From NCBI GenBank assembly GCA_002441425.1, contig DJWB01000001.1:105653-169652 (forward strand): a stretch of DNA of 64,000 nucleotides. The letters are read 5' to 3'. Origin of the DNA: Patescibacteria group bacterium UBA6241. GTDB lineage: Bacteria > Patescibacteriota > Minisyncoccia > Phycocordibacterales > Phycocordibacteraceae. The notes under the pieces were generated by a model, which searched no databases, was not told the origin of the DNA, and was given only the letters and a program-made list of their open reading frames with translations. Shown here piece after piece: positions 30,686 through 38,587 of the stretch. Every line of letters starts with the position of its first letter. Position 1 is the stretch's first letter. The position numbers and the translations under genes are program-made.

Positions 30686-31018
30686 ATGAATAAGAATGGA
30701 TCGACTCGAGCTTGGTTCGTCATGTTTAGTCTGACAGCTATTGCTCTTGCAATCCCTCTCACAAATCTCAGCCTCTTACTTTCTGGAATATATAACGAGC
30801 CCGGGTATTCAGATGGAACTGTTTCGAGCCCAACCGAGATAGCATTCCTAACTGTTGCCATACTCGTGCCAATTGGAGTGACGGTTAGTGTGATTATGAC
30901 TCAGTGGAAGCGCTCTGTGGCATGGGGTGTGCTTGGTGTAATGATCTCATTTGCTCCTGTGCTTCTAGCAGCAATTATTGCGGCCGCTGCTATCATCTCT
31001 CGGGCTCTGTTCTCTTGA
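30686..31018 (+). CDS. three-TM membrane hypothetical protein
   Basis: Three hydrophobic segments; fills R7-R8 interval. Confidence 0.7.
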   Translation: MNKNGSTRAWFVMFSLTAIALAIPLTNLSLLLSGIYNEPGYSDGTVSSPTEIAFLTVAILVPIGVTVSVIMTQWKRSVAWGVLGVMISFAPVLLAAIIAAAAIISRALFS

Positions 31019-31026
31019 GTGTAAGG

Positions 31027-31053
31027 GTTTCAACATCGTCCCACACCCCCAGC
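31027..31053 (+). repeat. cassette repeat R8
   Basis: gtttcaacatcgtcccacacccccagc. Confidence 0.93.
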
Positions 31054-31119
31054 CTGTAAGAGAAAACCCGCCAACAACTAAGAGACGGGAATCTCATTGT
31101 TGCAGCGGGTCGCGTTTGT

Positions 31120-31503
31120 TTAGTAGATATGAGGTGCGACGAAATAGCGGATGGACACGCGGCCTTGCTCGCCCGGTTCGTCGATCGTGATGATGACGTT
31201 GTCTTTCCAGACAGAGCGCAGCACCTCAACTGCTGCCGCAACCTGTTTGTAGTTGCGGAGGCCAGGGAGGTTGTAGCCGTAGCGGTCTGAGTACTTTCCG
31301 TACATCAAAAGCACCTCGATGACCTGCTGCTCCCTGACGAATCGGCGCAGGCTGGTGTTCTCTGGAGGAATGGCCTCCAGAAGGGCAGTTGCGAGTCTCG
31401 CTTCAGCCTCAGCCTGATCTTGTCGTTGTCGCTCGAACTCAGAGAGAGTGCGGATTCGATCGCTCAGCGCTGACGCTAAACGAAAAGGATCGAGATTGTT
31501 CAC
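31120..31503 (-). CDS. hypothetical protein
   Basis: GGGAG RBS, GTG start, TTGACT promoter next to R9; hairpin near 31065-31111. Confidence 0.65.
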   Translation of the reverse strand: MNNLDPFRLASALSDRIRTLSEFERQRQDQAEAEARLATALLEAIPPENTSLRRFVREQQVIEVLLMYGKYSDRYGYNLPGLRNYKQVAAAVEVLRSVWKDNVIITIDEPGEQGRVSIRYFVAPHIY

Positions 31504-31575
31504 GGTTCTTCTCCCAATAACCTAGTGAGGAATATACTATTTAAATTCTATTTAGTCAACAGATCCTGCAGAAAG

Positions 31576-31602
31576 GTTCCAACATCGTCCCAGACAGCAA
31601 AC
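31576..31602 (+). repeat. cassette repeat R9
   Basis: gttccaacatcgtcccagacagcaaac. Confidence 0.93.
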
Positions 31603-31627
31603 ACTAAAGAATGCCATAATCAGTAAT

Positions 31628-32077
31628 ATGTATTACATATACAAAGAAATGCAGCCAGGCGAACAAGAAATAGTTCGTGGGATGATACATAGTTTTTACG
31701 CAACCGATCCAGATATGGGCGCAATAACAGACGAGAAGATTAATCGTACTTTTAGTGAGTTTTCAAAGCATCCAGAGAAAGGTTTTGTATATGTAATAAA
31801 GGACGACCAACAGATTGTTGGCTACAGCATACTTGTGAACTTTTGGAGCAATGAGGCGGGAGGAAATATCATTGATATTGACGAGTTGTTCGTAGAAGAG
31901 AGCGAGCGAGGAAAGGGAGTGGGAACAAATTTCATTAAGCACATTATAGAAAGTCGTCTGAACGAATGTGTCGCTGTTGAACTAGGGGTCATAGCAGGGA
32001 ATGACAGAGCACAAAGACTTTATGAGCGAATAGGGTTTAGGCTCTCCACTAACCGTCGCCTAATATATGATTTCTAA
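31628..32077 (+). CDS. GNAT acetyltransferase
   Basis: IDELFVEESERGKGVG, N..AQRLYERIGF. Confidence 0.9.
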   Translation: MYYIYKEMQPGEQEIVRGMIHSFYATDPDMGAITDEKINRTFSEFSKHPEKGFVYVIKDDQQIVGYSILVNFWSNEAGGNIIDIDELFVEESERGKGVGTNFIKHIIESRLNECVAVELGVIAGNDRAQRLYERIGFRLSTNRRLIYDF

Positions 32078-32087
32078 CCTGACTAGG

Positions 32088-32114
32088 TTTCTAACAACGT
32101 CTCAGACTGCCAGC
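32088..32114 (+). repeat. cassette repeat R10 (diverged)
   Basis: tttctaacaacgtctcagactgccagc. Confidence 0.85.
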
Positions 32115-32135
32115 TAATTTTGATACACTTCTTGC

Positions 32136-32810
32136 ATGAATTCTGTACTTATAACTGGAGCAGGCAGAGGAATAGGCAAAGAACTGTCTCTGAGATTTCT
32201 CGGTGCTGGGTATCGGGTGTGGGGAACTACAACATCGGGAGATGCTGATTTCTCGCACGAGAATCTTCAAATGCTACAGCTCGATCTCCGTTCACCAGAG
32301 AGCATAAAGACATGCGTGCAGGAATTAATTAGTTCCGGCGAACGATTCGATATTGCAGTTAACAATGCAGGGGCGCTCCTTGATGAGAACGAAAAGACCC
32401 TCAAGACAGATCTCCTACGCCAAACACTAGAGATAAACCTTATTGGAACTTCGGATTTTACAGAGCAAGTTTTACCTCTTGTGAATAAAGGAGGGCACAT
32501 TGTTATGGTGTCGTCTTCTGCTGGATCAGTTGGAAGGACTGGCAATGTAGTAAGCCGATATCCATCACAGTATCCCGCGTACAAGATCTCAAAGGCTGCA
32601 CTTAACATGTATATGCGTACACTTGCCGTTCGATTGAAGGATAAGGACATTACGGTGTCTTCTGTCCATCCTGGATGGGCCAGGACTGATATGGGAGGTG
32701 AAGAGGCATCAATCTCAGCGGAGGAAGCTGCCGACACTGTTTACAAGGTAGCCATATCTAGACCAGAGACTGGTCACTTCTGGTATTCAGAAGGAGAATT
32801 GCCTTGGTAG
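32136..32810 (+). CDS. short-chain dehydrogenase/reductase
   Basis: TGAGRGIG, NNAG, YKISK, VHPGW. Confidence 0.93.
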   Translation: MNSVLITGAGRGIGKELSLRFLGAGYRVWGTTTSGDADFSHENLQMLQLDLRSPESIKTCVQELISSGERFDIAVNNAGALLDENEKTLKTDLLRQTLEINLIGTSDFTEQVLPLVNKGGHIVMVSSSAGSVGRTGNVVSRYPSQYPAYKISKAALNMYMRTLAVRLKDKDITVSSVHPGWARTDMGGEEASISAEEAADTVYKVAISRPETGHFWYSEGELPW

Positions 32811-32813
32811 AAA

Positions 32814-32840
32814 GTTCCAACGTCGTTCTAGGCCGTCAGC
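32814..32840 (+). repeat. cassette repeat R11 (diverged)
   Basis: gttccaacgtcgttctaggccgtcagc. Confidence 0.8.
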
Positions 32841-32867
32841 TCATAAAATTCATGCTAAATTTCTCTC

Positions 32868-33413
32868 ATGATTAAAATCACTTACTTTGTCCACGGAACA
32901 ACTGTAGACAATCAGAATGAGATCTCCTCCGGCTGGTCTGACGCCCCTCTATCCGAGTTAGGTATTCAGCAGTCAAAAGATCTTAAGGAGCAAACTAAGG
33001 ATAAGCATTTTGATGTAGTGTTTTGTTCTGACCTGCAACGCGCTCGCATGTCTGCAGAACTTGCTTGGGGCAGTATGTACGAGATTATTCCCGATGCTCG
33101 TCTTCGTGAATGTAACTATGGCGAGCTGAATGGAAGAGCATCTGAAATTGTAGAGCCGCTGCAAGAGAAGGAAATGCATTTCAAGGCATTTCCGGGTGGG
33201 GAGAGTTATGAGGATGTGAAGAATCGTGTTGCTGACTTCCTTGATTTCCTCAAAGAAAATTATGATGGCAAGCACGTAGCGCTAGTGGGTCATAAGGCAC
33301 CCCAGCTTGCACTTGATGTCCTTATCAAAGGAGTAACCTGGGACGAGGCTCTCGCGAATGATTGGCGTAAGACTAAGTCTTGGAAACCAGGCTGGGAATA
33401 CCAACTAATCTAG
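32868..33413 (+). CDS. histidine phosphatase family protein
   Basis: FVHGTT, SDLQRA, RLRECNYG, GGES, LVGH. Confidence 0.88.
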   Translation: MIKITYFVHGTTVDNQNEISSGWSDAPLSELGIQQSKDLKEQTKDKHFDVVFCSDLQRARMSAELAWGSMYEIIPDARLRECNYGELNGRASEIVEPLQEKEMHFKAFPGGESYEDVKNRVADFLDFLKENYDGKHVALVGHKAPQLALDVLIKGVTWDEALANDWRKTKSWKPGWEYQLI

Positions 33414-33421
33414 TTAAACAG

Positions 33422-33448
33422 GTTCCAACATCGTCCCACACCCCCAGC
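33422..33448 (+). repeat. cassette repeat R12
   Basis: gttccaacatcgtcccacacccccagc. Confidence 0.95.
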
Positions 33449-33472
33449 CAATAAAATTGTTATAGTTTATGT

Positions 33473-34042
33473 ATGACTTATATTCTTCATGGAGGATTTG
33501 AACGGGAAGATAACGAGTTAAATAGAAGCTTCTATCAAGAAGTTCTGAAAGGCGTTTCTGATAATGGAACACTTCTTCTTGTTCACTTTGCTTCAACTCA
33601 CTCTCCAGAAGAGGTGAAAGAAACACACGAACTCCAGGAGAAAAGGATGCAAAGCCTTACGAACAAACATATAAATGTTGAGTTCGCGACCGAAGAAGAT
33701 TTCTTAAATCAAGTGGAGCACGCGGATGCAATTCACATGCGAGGAGGACATACACCGAAATTGCTTTCAGTCCTGAAAAACTATCCGGAACTTGCAGCTA
33801 TGTTCTCAAACAAAACTATTTCTGGATCTTCAGCCGGAGCTTATGCATTGGCAAAATATGGACCCGGGCATTCAGAAGAGGGAATACGTGAAGGTTTGGG
33901 TCTTGTTCCTATTAGATTGGCCTGTCATTACGAAAGTCTAGAGTTACCTCCTGATTCTGAGTCACTTACTGAACTTAAAGCTATGGCGACAGAACTGGAA
34001 CTTGTAACATTGAGAGATTTTGAGTGGCGCGTATTCAATTAA
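33473..34042 (+). CDS. peptidase E (S51) / class I glutamine amidotransferase-like
   Basis: HMRGGHT, GSSAGA, GLGLV, CHY. Confidence 0.8.
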   Translation: MTYILHGGFEREDNELNRSFYQEVLKGVSDNGTLLLVHFASTHSPEEVKETHELQEKRMQSLTNKHINVEFATEEDFLNQVEHADAIHMRGGHTPKLLSVLKNYPELAAMFSNKTISGSSAGAYALAKYGPGHSEEGIREGLGLVPIRLACHYESLELPPDSESLTELKAMATELELVTLRDFEWRVFN

Positions 34043-34043
34043 G

Positions 34044-34070
34044 GTTCCAACGTCATCTCACACCGCCAAC
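34044..34070 (+). repeat. cassette repeat R13 (diverged)
   Basis: gttccaacgtcatctcacaccgccaac. Confidence 0.85.
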
Positions 34071-34093
34071 AACTTCATGCTACGGTACTGAGT

Positions 34094-34546
34094 ATGAGAA
34101 GAGTTTCAGTAAGAGGTATCGCCCTACACGAAGGGAAACTTCTGTGCGTTAAATTGAAGCCGTATAACAAGATGGCTGCATCAGGAGGTGATTGGCGATG
34201 TCTTCCGGGAGGAACAGTTGAAGAAGGAGAATCATTGAATGTAGCTCTTATGCGGGAGATGTACGAGGAGACTGGCGTAAGTCCGGAAATAGGGAAACTA
34301 TTGTATGTTCATCAGTTTCTATTTGAGGAAAGTGACCAGCTTGAATTTTTCTTTCATATTGCTAATCCGGGTGACTATCTAGAAATAGACCTAGAGAACA
34401 CAACGCACGGATTACATGAGATCGAGAGTATTGATTTCGTAGACCCAAAAGAAACATTTATTCTCCCTATATTTCTTTCTCAGGAGACTTTAAAGAACCA
34501 AATCGAATCAAATGCACCGGTTAAAATATTTTCCTTTGCAAAGTAG
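34094..34546 (+). CDS. NUDIX hydrolase
   Basis: LPGGTVEEGESLNVALMREMYEETG. Confidence 0.92.
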   Translation: MRRVSVRGIALHEGKLLCVKLKPYNKMAASGGDWRCLPGGTVEEGESLNVALMREMYEETGVSPEIGKLLYVHQFLFEESDQLEFFFHIANPGDYLEIDLENTTHGLHEIESIDFVDPKETFILPIFLSQETLKNQIESNAPVKIFSFAK

Positions 34547-34568
34547 GTCAGAGGATGGTTAATAAAAA

Positions 34569-34595
34569 GTTCCAACATCGTCCCAGACTGGCAAC
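34569..34595 (+). repeat. cassette repeat R14
   Basis: gttccaacatcgtcccagactggcaac. Confidence 0.92.
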
Positions 34596-34641
34596 AAATA
34601 AAAACTGCCTAAAACCTTTCGGTCTTCGGCAGTTTGAGAGT

Positions 34642-34812
34642 TCATTCAGAATTGGCTGCGTCAGCTCTGCGTCGCTCGTCAGTCAATTCATCAAAATTTT
34701 TTGAGCTGAGTCGCCGATAGAGCGCATGCCGCTCATGTGGGTCTCTGTCTACATTGTTGGGGTGATCCAGAATTTCTTCAAGAGTTCTGAATCCTGAAGA
34801 TTGCTCGTGCAT
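34642..34812 (-). CDS. 56-aa small protein (not in ORF track)
   Basis: MHEQSSGFRTLEEILDHPNNVDRDPHERHALYRRLSSKNFDELTDERRRADAANSE; GGGAG RBS; hairpin aaactgcc...ggcagttt downstream. Confidence 0.55.
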   Translation of the reverse strand: MHEQSSGFRTLEEILDHPNNVDRDPHERHALYRRLSSKNFDELTDERRRADAANSE

Positions 34813-34859
34813 GAGATAGGTCTCCCTTCTGGACAGAACCTAACACGGACTGCATATAC

Positions 34860-34886
34860 GTTCGAGCGTCGCCCAATACTACTAGA
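34860..34886 (+). repeat. probable degenerate repeat R15
   Basis: gttcgagcgtcgcccaatactactaga; intergenic between divergent ORFs. Confidence 0.45.
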
Positions 34887-34958
34887 CATGAAAATGGACA
34901 AGGAGCTATTTTATTGTATGGTGCTAGCAGAGAGACAATTAGCCAGGAGGGCTAGCAG

Positions 34959-35708
34959 ATGTACCAACCAACACAGCCGCTACTGTTCTCCTGGATTCAT
35001 GAAGGTGAATACCCGGGAGGAGACTACACCTTTTTACACAGTAATGGCTCATATGTACGAATTGAGGACTGGAAGAAACGGTATAAGGACACAAAGGAGA
35101 AACCGGCTATCCCATTCAGATTCACCGTGCGTGACCGCACATTCATTGGCCACATAACCGACGAATGTCTGGTATCGCGCATAACTGAGTATCTGCAGGA
35201 TTACTACGGTAAGCGTTACACCAACTGCTCCGCGTTCGCTCACTTCCTGACTACCGGCACGTTTATAGAGTGCGACGAAGAACAGAGCCTCGTTGTGCTT
35301 ACGCAGGACATGGCTCAGTACCGAGGCGAGACTATTCGTGTCGGGGATATGCTTTGCGTAATCTATGCGAATGATCGCCTTTGGCGGTCTCGCAAGGTGT
35401 CGCACCGCAAAAGTTACTTGCGTGCCAAGAAGAAACGGAGAGGTACGCACGAGTTCACTCACGGGTTACCTCCAAGAAAGAGGATTCTCTCCGCGAAGGG
35501 TATCCGGGAACTCTGCGCGAGTGTTCTCGCTGATGATTATCACTTTCTTGTCTGCGTCGCTAAAGACGCCGCCGGGCCGGTATGGCTTGCTCAAGGTGGA
35601 CGCTACGCACCGGGTGACGAACCTAGTCCGCTGGTGTTCACGGTGGGGAACAATGATGGATACGATAATGTAGTACCTCTCCTTGCGCTCCTTAAAAGAC
35701 GTAGATGA
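34959..35708 (+). CDS. hypothetical protein
   Basis: 249 aa, AGGAGG RBS; TNCSAFAHF and DYHF may be a Cys/His pair; downstream hairpin. Confidence 0.65.
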   Translation: MYQPTQPLLFSWIHEGEYPGGDYTFLHSNGSYVRIEDWKKRYKDTKEKPAIPFRFTVRDRTFIGHITDECLVSRITEYLQDYYGKRYTNCSAFAHFLTTGTFIECDEEQSLVVLTQDMAQYRGETIRVGDMLCVIYANDRLWRSRKVSHRKSYLRAKKKRRGTHEFTHGLPPRKRILSAKGIRELCASVLADDYHFLVCVAKDAAGPVWLAQGGRYAPGDEPSPLVFTVGNNDGYDNVVPLLALLKRRR

Positions 35709-35763
35709 TCCCGGCTCTACACTTCAACGCCCGCGGCATTTATGTCGTGGGTGTTTCATTTTA

Positions 35764-35790
35764 AGTTCAGCATCGCTCCAGGCGGTCAGT
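35764..35790 (+). repeat. degenerate repeat R16
   Basis: agttcagcatcgctccaggcggtcagt; closest to R11; followed by TATACT and ATG like other cassettes. Confidence 0.6.
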
Positions 35791-35811
35791 TTATGGGTAT
35801 ATACTCTGCAT

Positions 35812-36816
35812 ATGTCAGCAATAGAACTTGTAAGAGTCTCTACTCCGGAAGATTGGGAGCAATATCACAGCATTAGAGAAAAAGTTTTATTTGAGAACAA
35901 GAACCGGTCTTATGATCGGACTCATGCTGATGAACACCGGCCTAACAATGTGCCATTTCTGCTAAAGAAGGACGGACTAGGTATAGCGACCACAAGACTA
36001 GATCTTCGTCCTGACACCCAAGCGGCTATTATCCGTCTAGTTGCTGTAGTTGAGTCTGAGCAACGAAAAGGGTATGGACGTGCTCTACAAGCAAAAATAG
36101 ATGAATATGCACGTTCTCAAGGCGTAAAAAGGCTTCTCGTTAATGCTGCCCCCGATGCTATTGGTTTCTATAAAAAGATCGGTTTTGTGCCGGAATCGTG
36201 GGACCCAGAAGAACTCACAGGAATATCTAAGGATTCCGTTCAGTTGTCTAAAGCATTGTTACCCATGACTGAAAAGGAAATACTTGAGCTAATCAAGAAC
36301 GACGAGTGGATGATGTCTATTCTTAGGGTAGCTCGTAGCCTTAATCTGCCGGATTGGATAATTGGTGCAGGATTCGTAAGAAACAAAGTTTGGGATCATC
36401 TACACGGGTATACGGAACGCACCCCTTTAGCTGATATAGATTTGATTTACTTTGATCCAGCTCATATAGATGAGTCACAAGAAAAAGAGTATGACCAAAG
36501 GCTACATCAATTAGTTGATGTTCAATGGTCTACAAAGAATCAAGCACGCATGCATGTAATAAATGGAAACGCACCATTTACCTCTGCAGAAGACGGATTG
36601 GCGCATTGGATTGAAACTCCAACATGTACTGGAGTAACGTTGCTAGACAACGACACTCTGCAATTAATTGCACCCTACGGGATAGAGGACCTTGTGCACT
36701 TGCGAGTGAGACCAGTTAACCCAGAGAAAGATATTACGCTTTATAGAGAGCGGGTAACAAAAAAGAAATGGAAGGAAACTTGGCCAAGACTAGAAATCTT
36801 AGAGACCAGAGCATAA
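35812..36816 (+). CDS. GNAT acetyltransferase fused to DUF925-type nucleotidyltransferase
   Basis: N-half RLVAV..QRKGYG..AIGFYKKIGF; C-half LPDWIIGAGFVRNKVWD, DIDLIYFD, KNQARMH, APYG. Confidence 0.85.
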   Translation: MSAIELVRVSTPEDWEQYHSIREKVLFENKNRSYDRTHADEHRPNNVPFLLKKDGLGIATTRLDLRPDTQAAIIRLVAVVESEQRKGYGRALQAKIDEYARSQGVKRLLVNAAPDAIGFYKKIGFVPESWDPEELTGISKDSVQLSKALLPMTEKEILELIKNDEWMMSILRVARSLNLPDWIIGAGFVRNKVWDHLHGYTERTPLADIDLIYFDPAHIDESQEKEYDQRLHQLVDVQWSTKNQARMHVINGNAPFTSAEDGLAHWIETPTCTGVTLLDNDTLQLIAPYGIEDLVHLRVRPVNPEKDITLYRERVTKKKWKETWPRLEILETRA

Positions 36817-36832
36817 TCAGCGAGAACAAACT

Positions 36833-37132
36833 CTACTGCATACTTACTAGTATGAGCATGCTGATTGTTAGCACAGCAAATACCCCTAGTGTCTTTAAAA
36901 AGTAGGACACGGCTTCAGCTCTCCTATTTTCTATAAGCAGTGCAACTGGTTGATAGAAAAACAGGAAGGCCATAACAGCTACAGAGAGCACCAGCAGAGA
37001 AATTACTCCCACGCCGTCTAGAAATGTGTCTGGTGTGTCGTGACGAAGTGATTCAATAAACTGCATAAACAGCGCTATGGCGCTTATATACAGGGCTGCT
37101 GCTACTGCATTCAATACGGGATTCCATTTCAT
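36833..37132 (-). CDS. small membrane protein
   Basis: Three TM segments, 99 aa. Confidence 0.7.
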   Translation of the reverse strand: MKWNPVLNAVAAALYISAIALFMQFIESLRHDTPDTFLDGVGVISLLVLSVAVMAFLFFYQPVALLIENRRAEAVSYFLKTLGVFAVLTISMLILVSMQ

Positions 37133-37198
37133 ATAACTAGTATAACGGCGCAGCGCCTACCTTAGTTGCTTGCTGCTTGGCCGCGATATACTACACGC

Positions 37199-37630
37199 AT
37201 GAAAAAGGGAGAGGATTATGTGGGCGTTACCCTAAGCTTCTTCTGCCATGATGGAAAAGGAAACTTTATACTATCTAAACGCAGTGCAAATTGTCGTGAC
37301 GAGCACGGACGATGGGATTTCGGAGGAGGGGGATTAGATCTGCACGAGACAGTAGAAAATCAGCTACGCAGGGAAATAAAGGAGGAACTCTGTACGGATG
37401 TACTTGAATACGAGTTTCTCGGATATCGGGATGTGCACCGAGAGCATGAAGGAAAGAAGACACACTGGGTATCTTTGGACTTTAAAGTACTGATAGATCC
37501 TTCTCAGGTTAAGAATGGAGAGCCACACAAGTTTGATGAAATAGCATGGTTTAGACTGGACGCTCTTCCTGAGCCACTACATTCTCAGGCTCCTTTGGAG
37601 GTCGCCCTGTATAAGGCACAGCTTTCATAA
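37199..37630 (+). CDS. NUDIX hydrolase
   Basis: GGGGLDLHETVENQLRREIKEE; GEPHKF. Confidence 0.88.
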   Translation: MKKGEDYVGVTLSFFCHDGKGNFILSKRSANCRDEHGRWDFGGGGLDLHETVENQLRREIKEELCTDVLEYEFLGYRDVHREHEGKKTHWVSLDFKVLIDPSQVKNGEPHKFDEIAWFRLDALPEPLHSQAPLEVALYKAQLS

Positions 37631-37706
37631 GAGAATCTTGCAGAAATTGACTTTAATTTCTGCATCTATATAGTCAAAAAACCTAAAACACCGAGTCGGA
37701 GGGTTA

Positions 37707-38030
37707 ATGGTAGATGCTCTTTTAGTACTGGTGTATCTGGGCTTTGCGACCTCTGCGATATCAGTAACGCTTACGAGATCGGATATTACTCGCGAGCCGC
37801 GTCAGTGGCTCAAAGAGAAAGTCCCGTCTCTCGCAGGCCTTATTCATTGCCCATACTGCACTAGCCACTGGGTCGCCATGGTGCTTGTCCTGTTCTACAA
37901 GCCCGTTGTGGTTGACCTGTTTCTCCCCATTGATCTCGCCGTCTCCGTTATGGGCGTCGTAGGGATTGCCGGGGTCGTCTCAGGGATCTTGATTACAAAG
38001 ATCCCCTCGCTTGGAAGGAAGGAAGACTGA
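37707..38030 (+). CDS. membrane protein (DUF1360-like)
   Basis: TM helices with CPYCTSHWVA; GGAGG RBS. Confidence 0.65.
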   Translation: MVDALLVLVYLGFATSAISVTLTRSDITREPRQWLKEKVPSLAGLIHCPYCTSHWVAMVLVLFYKPVVVDLFLPIDLAVSVMGVVGIAGVVSGILITKIPSLGRKED

Positions 38031-38232
38031 AATGCCGAAATGGGTTCCGAGATGCCCGATCTTTTGGATGCTGGTCATCATCATCGCCGTGAGCATCGGC
38101 GTGTGGCGGTGTAGTTCCGGATAAGGGATAACTTCCCACGAATACTTTTTAAGCCGCCGGAAGAATTGGCGGCTTTTTACTTTGTGAACACAAATAAATC
38201 TTGCCGTTTAGTATGCGATATACTTTATTCAT

Positions 38233-38571
38233 ATGAAATTCTTTGTAACCTACCAAATGCCCCATACGGGAATGGACGAGTGGATGAAAATCCCAGAAGA
38301 AGAGCGAAAAGTACAAGAACAGCAAATGCAGTCTGAATGGAATGCGTGGATGGGAGACCACAAGGACTCGCTAACTGAAAGTGCTGGTGTTGGAAAACCA
38401 AAGCGAATCACCGCAAAGGGAACTGAAGACGCTCGCAACGACATTATGATGTACTCATTTGTTGAGGCCACTACGCTTGAAGAGGCAGCAGAGATATTTA
38501 AAGATCATCCACACTTTGGCATTCCAGGTGCGTGGATAGAAGTGATGTCCGTAAATAAGAATATCGGCTAA
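38233..38571 (+). CDS. YCII-like hypothetical protein
   Basis: YSFVEATTLEEAAEIFKDHPHF...IEV. Confidence 0.65.
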   Translation: MKFFVTYQMPHTGMDEWMKIPEEERKVQEQQMQSEWNAWMGDHKDSLTESAGVGKPKRITAKGTEDARNDIMMYSFVEATTLEEAAEIFKDHPHFGIPGAWIEVMSVNKNIG

Positions 38572-38587
38572 GTAGTAGCAGATACGC

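Larger units (their letters stand above)
26585..35790. mobile_element. tRNA-Gln-anchored array of ~16 gene cassettes separated by a 27-bp direct repeat (integron-like island; no recombinase in window)
   Basis: 14 clear + 2 degenerate repeats, each intergenic, spaced 291-905 bp, usually one ORF between copies. Confidence 0.8.

Noticed and set aside
27205-35790. CRISPR array interpretation of the 27-bp repeats
   Set aside because: Spacers are 260-880 bp and contain complete genes; no cas genes in the window.
27205-35790. Classical integron attC sites
   Set aside because: Only a short GTTnnAAC symmetry; no 55-140 bp imperfect hairpin with R''/R' boxes, no intI; cassettes have promoters and mixed orientation.
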